64,000 bases of DNA from the NCBI GenBank assembly GCA_025059945.1, contig JANXDC010000011.1, positions 141,856 through 205,855 of the forward strand, read 5' to 3'. Within the stretch, counting starts at the first letter, position 1, and each line of letters begins with the position of its first letter. Position numbers and translations under genes: made by a program. This stretch comes from Bacteroidota bacterium. GTDB taxonomy: Bacteria > Bacteroidota > Rhodothermia > JANXDC01. The notes below the pieces were generated by a model. It had not been told where the DNA came from. It did no database searches and worked only from the letters and a program-made list of their open reading frames with translations. This document shows, in pieces, positions 29,218-38,789 of this stretch.

Positions 29218-31314
29218 CTACAAAGCCTCCGAAGCGCTTAGGCCGAGCTGCGCCCGGAACCGCTCCGGATCCGTTGTGGGCTCCAGGCAGGTGAAGTTCC
29301 GGCACACGTAGGCCGTGGGTCGGCCTCCGAGCATGCGGCGCCCTCGCAAAAGGGGGATCACCTCAGCTTGGGTGTTCTCCCCCGGACCGTGGGCCAGCAC
29401 CAGATCGGGCAGGTACGCCTGATCGACGATCTGGCGAAGGGGGGCCAGTTCCCCCGCAGGTCCGAGCAGAACGACCTCCCGCAACCCGTAAATGAGCGCA
29501 TCCGAGACGCCCAGCAGGTGCCCAAAGGCGCCCGGATAGCGGCCCATGAGCTCGGCCACGGAGGCGGCCGTTTCGCGGGCGCGCTCTCGCCAAAGAGGCT
29601 CATCCCAGATCGCGGCAAGCCGACACAGGAGCTCGGCGGCCACGGAGGCGCCGGCCGGGGTGGCCTGATCTGTGCGCTCCCGCGGCCTTATAGGAAGGTG
29701 CGGATCGTGATCCGCCAAGGTATCGCAAAAGCCCCCCAGGGCCGTATCCCAGAATTCCGCGCAGAGGGCCTCGGCCAGGGTGCGGGCGCGTTCCAGCCAC
29801 ATCCGATCCCAGGTGGCCTCATATAGACTCAGGGCCGCAAGCCCCAGCCAGGCGTAGTCCTCCAAGAAGCCCAGCTCCAGGCGCTCCCCATGCGTCCAGG
29901 ATCGATACACGCGCCCCCCCTGAACCAAGTGGGTCCACAGGAAGCGCCCGGCCTGCTGCGCCGCTTCAAGCCAATCGGGCCTACCCAGGGCGCGCCCGGC
30001 CTGGGCTAGGGCCAGCACGGCCATGCCGTTCCAGGAGGCCAAGATCTTCTCATCCCGTTCCGGGGCTCGACGCAGGGTGCGCGTCTCTAAAAGCGCTGTG
30101 CGGATGGTTTCGCGCTCGCGGGCCCAGGCGGAGGCCTCCAGACCCTGTAGGGCGGCGAACTCGGCCTCCGTAAAGGGGCGAAAGAGCACGTTGCGGCCCT
30201 CGAAGTTGCCCTCCCTAGAGACCCCGTAGTAGGCCGCCGCGCGCAGGGCGTGCGGACCCAAGACGGCGCGCAACTCCTCCAGCGTCCACGTATAGTATAG
30301 GCCCTCCTGGCCCTCGGAATCCGCGTCTTGAGCGCTAAAGAAGGCGCCCGCTTCATGCCGCATCTCGCGAAGCAGATACGTGAGGGTTTGCTCCAGCACC
30401 CACCGAAACTCGGGCTCTCGGGTAAGCTGCCAGGCCTCTAAATAGGTCCAGGCCAGAAGCGCGTTGTCGTAGAGCATTTTTTCAAAGTGCGGAATCCGCC
30501 AACGCGCGTCCACCGCGTACCGATGAAAGCCGCCGCCGAGCTGATCGTAAATGCCGCCATGGGCCATCTGAATGAGCGAAAAATGGACCATCTGTAAGGC
30601 CTCGGCCCTTTGCGCGCGCCAGCCGTAACGCAACAGAAACCGAAGCGTCATGGCCTGGGGAAACTTGGGGGCCCCGCCAAAGCCTCCATAGCGGGAATCA
30701 AACTGCCGGGCTAGCTCCGCATAGGACCGATCCAGAAGCCCGGGCGAAAGCTCACCTTTGGCCCACCGACGCGCAGCGGCCTCTAAATGCGCCAGAAGCG
30801 TCTGGGCCGCCTCCTGGATGGCCTCCCGACGCGTCCGCCAAGCCGTGGCCACCGCCTCCAGCACCTGTCGGAAAGCGGGTAGCCCAGCGCGCGGCTCTGG
30901 CGGGAAATAGGTGCCTCCGTAAAATGGGGCGCCCTCAGGGGTCAGGAAAACCGTTAGCGGCCACCCCCCATGACCCGTCATGGCCTGCACGGCCTGCATG
31001 TAGACCGCGTCCACATCTGGGCGCTCCTCCCGGTCGACCTTAACGCAGACGAAGTGCGCGTTCATGAGTGCGGCTATGGCCTCGTCTTCAAACGACTCCC
31101 GCTCCATTACATGACACCAGTGGCAGGAGGCGTAGCCGACGGAGAGCAAAATGGGCTTGTCCTCCCGCCGCGCCCGCTCGAAAGCCTCCTCCCCCCAGGG
31201 ATACCAATCAACGGGGTTGTAAGCGTGCTGGCGCAGATACGGGCTTGCGCAGCGGATGAGCCGATTGGGTTGGGCAGAGGACATGCGCGCCTTTCGGGTT
31301 TGTTGTATTGACAA
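29218..31314 (-). CDS. thioredoxin-domain protein YyaL/SSP411 (DUF255 plus a six-hairpin glycosidase-like domain)
   Basis: N-terminal [22 protein letters not shown] ... [14 protein letters not shown] thioredoxin-like motif. 698 aa. Confidence 0.85.
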   Translation of the reverse strand: MSIQQTRKARMSSAQPNRLIRCASPYLRQHAYNPVDWYPWGEEAFERARREDKPILLSVGYASCHWCHVMERESFEDEAIAALMNAHFVCVKVDREERPDVDAVYMQAVQAMTGHGGWPLTVFLTPEGAPFYGGTYFPPEPRAGLPAFRQVLEAVATAWRTRREAIQEAAQTLLAHLEAAARRWAKGELSPGLLDRSYAELARQFDSRYGGFGGAPKFPQAMTLRFLLRYGWRAQRAEALQMVHFSLIQMAHGGIYDQLGGGFHRYAVDARWRIPHFEKMLYDNALLAWTYLEAWQLTREPEFRWVLEQTLTYLLREMRHEAGAFFSAQDADSEGQEGLYYTWTLEELRAVLGPHALRAAAYYGVSREGNFEGRNVLFRPFTEAEFAALQGLEASAWARERETIRTALLETRTLRRAPERDEKILASWNGMAVLALAQAGRALGRPDWLEAAQQAGRFLWTHLVQGGRVYRSWTHGERLELGFLEDYAWLGLAALSLYEATWDRMWLERARTLAEALCAEFWDTALGGFCDTLADHDPHLPIRPRERTDQATPAGASVAAELLCRLAAIWDEPLWRERARETAASVAELMGRYPGAFGHLLGVSDALIYGLREVVLLGPAGELAPLRQIVDQAYLPDLVLAHGPGENTQAEVIPLLRGRRMLGGRPTAYVCRNFTCLEPTTDPERFRAQLGLSASEAL

Positions 31315-31457
31315 TGAAAACCCACCAAAGCTCTGAAAGATCCCCGCGCCCGGGTTTGGGGGAAATGTCGATAAGTCGATAAAAAGATTATCAGGTTGCT
31401 TTATCGAGCAATGGACATTATATTGTTGTCCGAAGGCAATATGAGGAGGCAGAGCCT

Positions 31458-31571
31458 ATGTCGGAGGAGTCCTTCTATCCGAAAGGCGCGCTCGCTTTTC
31501 TAGGGGCGCTGCTTGCGTTTTTCGCCCTCTTGTGGTTTGTGCTCTACTTCGAGATCCTAGCCAGGGGGTAA
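31458..31571 (+). CDS. cbaD: ba3-type cytochrome c oxidase subunit IIa (single-TM, 37 aa). Not in the ORF track.
   Basis: ATG at 31458 preceded by AGGAGG at 31444-31449. It encodes MSEESFYPKGALAFLGALLAFFALLWFVLYFEILARG, which closely matches the Thermus ba3 IIa pattern (PKGAL ... hydrophobic helix ... ARG end). It ends 6 nt before the subunit II start. Confidence 0.55.
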   Translation: MSEESFYPKGALAFLGALLAFFALLWFVLYFEILARG

Positions 31572-31577
31572 GAGGCC

Positions 31578-32084
31578 ATGGACCGCGCCGAACGCCTGAC
31601 TTTGGGGTTCAGTTTGGGCCTGTTAGGGCTTTTCTTCATAGCCGTCGTATACGCTTCGGCGGGCCGCAACGTCGGGGTGCCCACTTGCATTGTGGACCGG
31701 GAGCCTTTCGAGCGCGATACGCTCTTTGAGCGCCAGCCCGGGGTCTATGAGCTGCAGATGATCGCTCGGATGTGGGAGTTTCGTCCGGGGGAAATCCGGT
31801 TGCCCCCTGGTTCTACGGTGGATCTATACCTGACGTCGCTGGACGTGATCCACGGCTTTATGATCGAGGACGAGACGGCCAGCAAAGCCCACATGCGCCT
31901 TCCCGCGCTCATGGCCGTGGCGGTTCCCCGTTATACGGGCCAAAACGTAAACCTGATGGCCGTGCCCGGGGCGGTGACCTACGCGCGGGTGCGCTTCGAC
32001 CGGCCGGGCCGCTACAAGATCGTCTGTCATGAGTACTGCGGCGACAACCACCATTTCATGAACGCCACGATTCTCGTCCAATAG
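31578..32084 (+). CDS. cbaB: cytochrome c oxidase subunit II, ba3-type (CuA centre)
   Basis: 168 aa, one TM helix plus a cupredoxin domain carrying the CuA ligands (HGF ... CHEYCGDNHHFM). Confidence 0.85.
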   Translation: MDRAERLTLGFSLGLLGLFFIAVVYASAGRNVGVPTCIVDREPFERDTLFERQPGVYELQMIARMWEFRPGEIRLPPGSTVDLYLTSLDVIHGFMIEDETASKAHMRLPALMAVAVPRYTGQNVNLMAVPGAVTYARVRFDRPGRYKIVCHEYCGDNHHFMNATILVQ

Positions 32085-32095
32085 GAGGGACGGCC

Positions 32096-33781
32096 ATGCG
32101 CATGGTTTTAACGCGAAGCGAACGTCGGCTATTGCTCTTAGAGCTGCTTTATCCCCTCGTGTTGCTCGCCATGGGCGTCTATGGGGGGCTTATGCAGACC
32201 CTCATGCGCGCCGGGATCGTGCAACGGGATCCGTTCTTGGGCCCGAATTACTATCAGGGGCTCACCCTGCATGGGGTCTTCAACGCGATCGTCTTTACGA
32301 CCTTCTTTGCTGTGGCCTTTGGAAATGCGCTCATACCCTATGCCCTGGGCAAACGCCTCAAGCTGCGTTGGGCTTGGCTGTCGGCCTTGCTCATGGTGTT
32401 GGGTTCTTTGATGGCGGCCGCGGCGATCTTCGCCGGGCGGGCCTCGGTGCTTTACACCTTTTATCCGCCGCTTAAGGCGCATCCGGCCTTTTACCTGGGC
32501 CTGACCTTGCTTGTGGTGGGATCCTGGGTGGCGTTTTTCAACTGGATTCCCCTGTATCTGGGGTGGCGTCGCGAAAACCCGGACCAGAAGACGCCCCTGG
32601 CCGTAGTGGGTATGCTCGCGACCTTTATCGTGTGGCTGATCGCCACTTCGGCTGTGGCCGTGGAGATCCTGTTTTTGCTGCTTCCATGGTCCTTGGGTTG
32701 GACGCAGGAGGTGAACGTGATGCTGGCCCGTACGCTTTTTTGGTTCTTCGGGCACCCGCTGGTCTATTTCTGGCTGCTTCCGGCCTATGTGATGTACTAC
32801 ACCATGCTGCCCAAGTTGGCCGGCGGGAAGCTGTACTCAGACGCGGCGGGTCGGCTTGTGTTTTTGCTCTTCATCGTTTTCTCCATTCCCGTCGGCACGC
32901 ACCATCAGTACATGGACCCTGCAATCGGGGCCAATTGGAAGCTCTTGCACGCCTTTTTCACGTTCGCCGTGGCGCTTCCGAGCTTGATCACGGCCTTTAG
33001 CGTGGCCGCCTCGCTGGAGTACGCCGGGCGCTTGCGCGGGGCGCGCGGGCTTTTCGGCTGGCTCTGGAAGCAACCGTATTTCAGCCGCAAGCAGTGGCTC
33101 TTTAGCTACCTCATAGCGGGCCTGGTCATCTTCATCTTCGGGGGCATTTCGGGCATCATCAACGCCTCCTATGGCATGAATGCGGCCGTACACAATACCT
33201 CTTGGGTGCCTGGGCATTTTCACATGACCGTGGCCGGCCCCGTGCTGTTGGCCTTTTTGGGGATGAGCCTCTACCTGCTTGGCCAGGCCTCGGGTAAAGA
33301 GGTGCGTTTTACGGGCCTGGCTGTGGCCGCTCCGTGGACGTGGCTTGTGGGGGTTTTGCTTTTCTCCTTCGCCATGAGCCGTGGGGGCCTGTTGGGCATG
33401 CCGCGGCGCACGAACATGGGCGTAACGTACCTCAACCCCAGTAGCCCCTTTTACCGGGAGGACTGGGTCCTGTGGGCCGATATGGCCGTGGTGGGCGGGG
33501 TGATCATGACGCTGGCCTTTGTGCTGTATCTGATCAGCTTCCTTGGCACCCTCATGGCCCGGCCGGCGGCTGAACCCGCTTTGGTCTTTCCGCTGGCGGA
33601 GGCGTATCACGATGAACCGGTGCGGGCGCTAGCCAACTTCCGGCCCTGGATCGTAGCGGCTCTGATCCTGATCGTGATCGCCTACACGCCCGTGATCTGG
33701 GATGTGCTCCGCAGCACATACGAAAACGCCCCGCCATATTTGCCCGGTAGCCCACTACCGGTACAGCCTACTGGACGCTGA
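32096..33781 (+). CDS. cbaA: cytochrome c oxidase subunit I, ba3-type (B-family haem-copper oxidase)
   Basis: 561 aa, 13 or more TM helices, with conserved His ligands (for example WFFGHPLVY and the HHQYMD motif). Confidence 0.9.
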   Translation: MRMVLTRSERRLLLLELLYPLVLLAMGVYGGLMQTLMRAGIVQRDPFLGPNYYQGLTLHGVFNAIVFTTFFAVAFGNALIPYALGKRLKLRWAWLSALLMVLGSLMAAAAIFAGRASVLYTFYPPLKAHPAFYLGLTLLVVGSWVAFFNWIPLYLGWRRENPDQKTPLAVVGMLATFIVWLIATSAVAVEILFLLLPWSLGWTQEVNVMLARTLFWFFGHPLVYFWLLPAYVMYYTMLPKLAGGKLYSDAAGRLVFLLFIVFSIPVGTHHQYMDPAIGANWKLLHAFFTFAVALPSLITAFSVAASLEYAGRLRGARGLFGWLWKQPYFSRKQWLFSYLIAGLVIFIFGGISGIINASYGMNAAVHNTSWVPGHFHMTVAGPVLLAFLGMSLYLLGQASGKEVRFTGLAVAAPWTWLVGVLLFSFAMSRGGLLGMPRRTNMGVTYLNPSSPFYREDWVLWADMAVVGGVIMTLAFVLYLISFLGTLMARPAAEPALVFPLAEAYHDEPVRALANFRPWIVAALILIVIAYTPVIWDVLRSTYENAPPYLPGSPLPVQPTGR

Positions 33782-34384
33782 TTGACGATGAGCCGCTTGC
33801 GATGGATAATCGGGTTTGCGCTCCTTGGAGCCTGCGCAAGGCCGGCTGTGGAAGCGGATCTGTCGCGCCGGCCCGTGCGACTCCTGGACCAGGATAGCCT
33901 CCCTGTGCGTCTGCCCGAGGCGCTAAACGGAGGGCCAGCCCTTTTGGGGTACATCTACACGCACTGTCCGGATATCTGCCCCATGATCACGGAGCGCATG
34001 ATCCAGATCGCTCAGCGGATCCCGGATTCCGTGCGGATCCGTTATGTGCTGATCAGCCTGGATCCGGAGCGCGATCGCCCGTATAAACTCCGGCGATACG
34101 CCGAGCTCTACGGGTTGAGAGGGCCCGCCTGGTGGCTGCTAACCGGCTCAGAGGCCGAAATCCAGGCCCTTTTGGATCAGGTGGGCGTGCTCCGGCGCCG
34201 GGGCTGGACGCGCTTTGCCGAAAACGGGGAGCCGATTTACTTCATCGACCATACGGACCGCGTCAGCCTTCTGGACGCGAAGGGTCGCGTGCGGCGGCAT
34301 TACGAGGGCACCCGGGCTGATCCGGAGCGCGTCCGGCGCGACGTGCTCTTTCTGTGGCGAGAGCAAAGGGAGCAGGCCTTATGA
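33782..34384 (+). CDS. SCO1/SenC family copper chaperone
   Basis: Thioredoxin-fold protein with a CPDICP (CxxxC) motif and a conserved downstream His. Confidence 0.85.
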   Translation: MTMSRLRWIIGFALLGACARPAVEADLSRRPVRLLDQDSLPVRLPEALNGGPALLGYIYTHCPDICPMITERMIQIAQRIPDSVRIRYVLISLDPERDRPYKLRRYAELYGLRGPAWWLLTGSEAEIQALLDQVGVLRRRGWTRFAENGEPIYFIDHTDRVSLLDAKGRVRRHYEGTRADPERVRRDVLFLWREQREQAL

Positions 34385-34818
34385 TCCGACTAGCCCCCTT
34401 ACTAACCTTTGCGGCGGTTTTGATGGCGCAGCAGGCGCATCGCCTGCATTTTCAGGATCCCTGGGCGCGGCCCGCTCCAAGCGGGGGCAATAGCGCCCTG
34501 TATGGGCGCCTGCACAACACGCAGGCTGCGGCCGATACCTTGCGTGCGGCATATGCGGAGGTGGCCGCGCGCGTGGAGCTGCATCGCACCGTGAGCGCGG
34601 CGGGCGGGATGCGGCGCATGGAGCCGGTGCCCTACATCGCGCTGCCGGCCGGCTCTACGGTGGAGCTCGTCCCAGGGGGGCTGCATGTGATGCTCATCGG
34701 GCTTAAGCGCGCCCTCCGGGCCGGAGATACGGTGACGGTGGAGCTGGAATTTGCGCGGGCAGGTCGGGTGCGCCTGCGGGCGCCCGTCCGCGCCTTAGCT
34801 CCTGAGCGCGCCAGATGA
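34381..34818 (+). CDS. periplasmic copper chaperone PCu(A)C (DUF461)
   Basis: Signal peptide plus an H(M)x10-Mx21-HxM-type motif (LHNTQ ... MRRM ... HVM). Confidence 0.6.
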   Translation: MIRLAPLLTFAAVLMAQQAHRLHFQDPWARPAPSGGNSALYGRLHNTQAAADTLRAAYAEVAARVELHRTVSAAGGMRRMEPVPYIALPAGSTVELVPGGLHVMLIGLKRALRAGDTVTVELEFARAGRVRLRAPVRALAPERAR

Positions 34819-34822
34819 GGGC

Positions 34823-36478
34823 CTAAGCCGGCTCAAGGGGAGGCAGTAGCACACCCGGCGCCAGGCGCTCAAAAGGATCCAAGGCCCGCTTGACGGCCCA
34901 CATCTGGGCCAGCGCGTCCGGGCCCCAAAAGCGCGCCAGAAGGGCTTGTTTGACGGGATTGCGGCCCACGCCGTGCTCCGAAAGGGGGCATCCGCCGCGG
35001 GCGCGCACCCAATCTCCGAGCTCCAGCAGGGCCTCATAACCAAGGCGCACCTCGGCGGCCGTGCGGGGCAAGCCGTTAGGATGCAGGTTGCCGTCGGAGA
35101 CATGCCCCCAGATGGCCGCCTCTAGACCCCGTCGTGCAAAGGCCCGCTGACAGGCCCGATAGCAGTCCTCTAGCTCTGCTACAGGAACAATCAGGTCCCC
35201 GCCGATTTTGCGCACCTCGGGGTCCTGGGCGCGGCGGCGGCCGAGGAGTTCGTTGACCGTCTGGGGGGCGGCTTCTCGGAAGGCGACGAGCTCCGCGCTT
35301 CGGACCGGATCGTCGCTGAGCGCCCACTCGGCCGCTTCCACATCGGCCCCCGCGGCGACGATGACGTCCCATAGGCGTCCGAGGGGGTCGCGATCTCCCA
35401 AAGTCCCGGCAAGCCATCGCCCGTAGCGTTCGGCTAGCTCCTCCGTGTGCAGGCTCTCTGAGAGCTCCGCCTCCACCAGCACGGCGGCCTGAGCCCACGA
35501 TGGCACCCGAAGCCGCCAGCGTTCGCTCTGGGGCCGCAGCAGCTTCAGGCAAGCGGCATCCAGTAACTCGATTGCGCGCACATCCGCGCCGGCTTCTCCG
35601 GATCGAGTCTTCAGGGCCAGGTCGCGCAGCGAGGCCGAGAGCCGAAAAGCCTGCGCCGTGGAGCGCAAAAACAGCAGCCCCGTTAGCACCGAGGGCGGAA
35701 GCGATACGACCCGCACCACGAGGCCCGTGATCACGCCCAGCGTGCCCTCGGAGCCGATAAAGAGGTCCACGAGGTCCAGCGGATCGGACCCGTAATATCC
35801 GGCCGAGATTTTCTTAAGCGGCGGGGTCTGGTATGTGGGCACGGGGACTTCAAGGCGGGATCCGCAGGAGAGCGTGATCTCGAAACGCTGACCCGGCCGG
35901 GCCACGGCTTGGCCCCGCCACAGCTCAAGCAGGTCGCCGTTATACAAGATCACGCGCAGGCCCTCGATCCAATCCCGGGTAGAGCCGTACTTAAAGGTGG
36001 CGGCCCCGCCGGCGTTCGTGGCGGCCGTGCCCCCCAGGCAGGCCTCCTGGTAAGTGGGCACGGGGGGATAGTACCAGCCGCGCTCTGCAAGGTGCTCCTG
36101 CAGCTGGCGCAACCGGACCCCGGGCTCGACGAACAAGCGCGCCTCCGTGGCGCTTACGCGCTCCAAGCGTCCGATCGCGCTCAGGCGCTCCACGGAGAGG
36201 ATAACCTCCCCCTGCGGCACGGCCCCGCCCGTAAGGGAGCTGCGCCCCGCCTGGGGCAGCACGGGAACGGGAAGCCGCCTTGAGCCAGGTACGGGCTTCT
36301 GGAGTGTGCCTCTTAAGAAAGCCGCCACCTCGGCCTCCGAGGCGGGCCGCACCAGTCCCAAAGCCCAGGCCGGACCGAAGCCCGAGGCGTCCGCCAAGTA
36401 GGCCCCTATGCGGTCCGGATCCCGCACCAGGTCAGGCGGAGGGATCTCAGACGGGGCAGCGGTTTGCAAAGGGTTCAT
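34823..36478 (-). CDS. FAD-binding oxidase (GlcD / D-lactate dehydrogenase-like, FAD_binding_4 plus C-terminal domain)
   Basis: FAD-binding PCMH region (SRRLPVPVLPQAGRSSLTGGAVP) and a FAD-oxidase C-terminal domain. The start was trimmed to the ATG at 36478, which overlaps the upstream gene stop by 4 nt. Confidence 0.7.
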   Translation of the reverse strand: MNPLQTAAPSEIPPPDLVRDPDRIGAYLADASGFGPAWALGLVRPASEAEVAAFLRGTLQKPVPGSRRLPVPVLPQAGRSSLTGGAVPQGEVILSVERLSAIGRLERVSATEARLFVEPGVRLRQLQEHLAERGWYYPPVPTYQEACLGGTAATNAGGAATFKYGSTRDWIEGLRVILYNGDLLELWRGQAVARPGQRFEITLSCGSRLEVPVPTYQTPPLKKISAGYYGSDPLDLVDLFIGSEGTLGVITGLVVRVVSLPPSVLTGLLFLRSTAQAFRLSASLRDLALKTRSGEAGADVRAIELLDAACLKLLRPQSERWRLRVPSWAQAAVLVEAELSESLHTEELAERYGRWLAGTLGDRDPLGRLWDVIVAAGADVEAAEWALSDDPVRSAELVAFREAAPQTVNELLGRRRAQDPEVRKIGGDLIVPVAELEDCYRACQRAFARRGLEAAIWGHVSDGNLHPNGLPRTAAEVRLGYEALLELGDWVRARGGCPLSEHGVGRNPVKQALLARFWGPDALAQMWAVKRALDPFERLAPGVLLPPLEPA

Positions 36479-38478
36479 TCGGCGATCAGATATACGCGCA
36501 GGGCTAGATCTCCCGGCAGTATGCGATCCAAGGCCTCCAGTCCCGTCAGAACGCGTCCGAAAGCGGTGTAGCGGCCGTCCAAATGCGGCTGAGCGCTGTG
36601 GCAGATAAAGTACTGACTGCCCTCGGTGTCCTTGCCCGCGCTGGCCATGCCCACGGTGCCGCGTTCGAAGCGCAGCCGTCCGAATTCGCTGCGAATCGCG
36701 TAGTCCGGTCCGCCCCATCCGTCGCCGCGCCGGAAATCGCCACCTTGCACGACGAAGTTTGAGACCACGCGATGAAACGGCACCCCGTCAAGGCGACCAG
36801 AGCGAGCCAGTTGAAGGAAATTCCACACCGTAAAAGGCGCCTGATCCGGATAGAGCTCTACGATCAACTCGCCGCGTGGGGTCTTGATCGCGACCCGGGG
36901 TCTGCGGCCGAGCAGGGGAAAGACCTCCTCGGCTTGATATACCGGACTCAGAGGCGATGGGCGAGGCGCTGAGACAGCCCGGCCCGTTAGGGCAGCGATG
37001 CCGGAAGCGGCTAGGTGTGCGATCACGGGGCTAGGATCCCGGCTAAGCGGTTCCAAGACCGAGACAGCCTCAGGCGCTCGCAGACGCACAAGCGCCCGGA
37101 TCAGGGCCTCCATGGGCTCTACGTCCTGTGGGGTTTTTAGGCTCTCTAGCAGGCGCAGGAGTTCAGGCACGAGCCTACGACCCAGTAGGGTATCGGAAGC
37201 TGCGGCCTGCGCGGCCAGGGTCATAAGGGCGAGATCCCGGGAAAGAAGCGCCTCGCGGTAAAGCTCCAAGGCCTGGGGCGCAGGTAGCCAGCCCGCCTCG
37301 CGTTGTCGGCGTAGGGCCGTAAAGAGGGCGTTGCGCACCACGGCCGATCCGGAGGCGCGAAGCTGGATCCGCCAGGATCGCAATAGCCGGGTGCGGGCCT
37401 CCGGATGCTCGATGCGGCTTAAGGCCTCAGCTAGGCGAGCTTGAAGAAACGGATGGGGGATCCTGTGGAGCGCTTGCGCGATGCGAAGGGCCTCTGCGGG
37501 TGCGTGCGCAGCCAGGGCCACAAGGAGCGTTCCGCGCTCCCAGGGCTCTAGTTGGGGCTCCCGAAGACGGGCCCGCAGAAGGGCCAGCATGGACTCAGGA
37601 GCCCGCCCCGGAGCCTCCGCTAGCGCCTCCAAGGCGACCAAGCGTACGTGCGCGCTTCGGTCCCCAAGAGCCCTCGAGACCTCCTCCCACGGGAAGGGTT
37701 GGATCTGGGCTAAGGCCCGAACGGTCTCCACGCGCACCCGCCAATCCGGATGTTTCAGGACGCGTACAAGGCGGTGGCGATCCTCCGGTTGCACCAGACG
37801 GCCCAGGGCCCGCACCAGGTACCCGGTAGCCTCTTCAGGGCCCGAAGTATCGCTTTCCAATATGCGCCAGAGCAGAGGGGCTTGCTCTGACCAAGCCCCC
37901 AAGGGAGCGCGGCTAAAGTAGTAGGCCGCAGCCCGCCGGGCCTCGGGGTGGGGGTGAGCAAGCCCGCCCAGGGCCGCGCGCGCGGCCTCTGGACTGGAGA
38001 CCCCGCGAAGTCCAGCGCGCGCGATCGCCCAGAGCCAGGCCACGGTATCGGCCGGCTCCGGGGGAGTCCAGCGCACAAGCTGCCCCAGGGCTACTGCGTC
38101 CGCGCACTTGCCGATCGCCTCCAGCAAGGTGGCCCGCACCGCGGAGGAGGGCTCTTGCAGCAAGCGATTCCATAGAGCTCCAGCGGCCCGGGCGGAGAAG
38201 AGCTGACCCAGGGCGAAGGCCGCTTCTTGCCGCACCTCGGGGTGAGGATCCTCAAGAGCCTTTCCGAGGGCGGGCAGCGCAACCGTATCCTGCAGGCTGG
38301 CCAGGGCGAAAGCCGCGCGGGCGCGTACGCGCGGTTCCGGATGCTCTAGGACGGCTAGCAAGGTTGGCAGATGGCGCGCATCTTGGGCCCTTAGCACGTC
38401 TAGTAAAGGGTCCGCGTTTTGCCCCCAAAGCCGCAAGGCGGTAGATACGAGCAGGACCCCTGTTAGCAGCGTCCGCAT
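36475..38478 (-). CDS. HEAT-repeat protein fused to a C-terminal cyclophilin-type peptidyl-prolyl cis-trans isomerase
   Basis: About 480 aa of PBS-lyase/HEAT-like Arg/Ala-rich repeats after a signal peptide (MRTLLTGVLLVSTALRLWGQ), then a cyclophilin domain (FHRVVSNFVVQGGD ... GTVGMASAG ... SQYFI). Start trimmed to the Met at 38478. Confidence 0.7.
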   Translation of the reverse strand: MRTLLTGVLLVSTALRLWGQNADPLLDVLRAQDARHLPTLLAVLEHPEPRVRARAAFALASLQDTVALPALGKALEDPHPEVRQEAAFALGQLFSARAAGALWNRLLQEPSSAVRATLLEAIGKCADAVALGQLVRWTPPEPADTVAWLWAIARAGLRGVSSPEAARAALGGLAHPHPEARRAAAYYFSRAPLGAWSEQAPLLWRILESDTSGPEEATGYLVRALGRLVQPEDRHRLVRVLKHPDWRVRVETVRALAQIQPFPWEEVSRALGDRSAHVRLVALEALAEAPGRAPESMLALLRARLREPQLEPWERGTLLVALAAHAPAEALRIAQALHRIPHPFLQARLAEALSRIEHPEARTRLLRSWRIQLRASGSAVVRNALFTALRRQREAGWLPAPQALELYREALLSRDLALMTLAAQAAASDTLLGRRLVPELLRLLESLKTPQDVEPMEALIRALVRLRAPEAVSVLEPLSRDPSPVIAHLAASGIAALTGRAVSAPRPSPLSPVYQAEEVFPLLGRRPRVAIKTPRGELIVELYPDQAPFTVWNFLQLARSGRLDGVPFHRVVSNFVVQGGDFRRGDGWGGPDYAIRSEFGRLRFERGTVGMASAGKDTEGSQYFICHSAQPHLDGRYTAFGRVLTGLEALDRILPGDLALRVYLIAE

Positions 38479-38789
38479 ATGACGTGTGCGCCTCCCATCA
38501 GCCGAGTGAAGTTGGCGCAAAGCGATCGGAGCGGGCAAGTCGGCCTCAGACCTTCGCATTCTGTGCATCTCCAGGGAAGCGGTTCAGCGTGGGTTTCGGA
38601 GCGGCATAGTTCCGCTCGATGCGTATGTCGATGTGTATGAGCCCGTCGACCGCCACGCTACCGTTGTGCTCTTTTCGGATTGGATACAGACCGGAAAGCG
38701 GGCCTTTTCTTTCCGATGGATGCCCAGCTCAGGGTGTAGGCGGGCGCTATAGCTCGCTGCACGCCGACCTGCGGGCTAAGGACGTCCCG

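Noticed and set aside
32138-33610. ORFs 32138..32755(-) and 32837..33610(-) antisense to cytochrome oxidase subunit I
   Set aside because: Antisense to a highly conserved gene. The translations are His/Arg/Gly/Pro-rich low complexity.
38479-38789. Searched the 310-nt pyrB-downstream / PPIase-upstream spacer for a terminator or ncRNA
   Set aside because: Only weak and imperfect hairpins (for example CGGAAAG...CTTTCCG without a U-tract, GAGCGG...CCGCTC). Nothing convincing.
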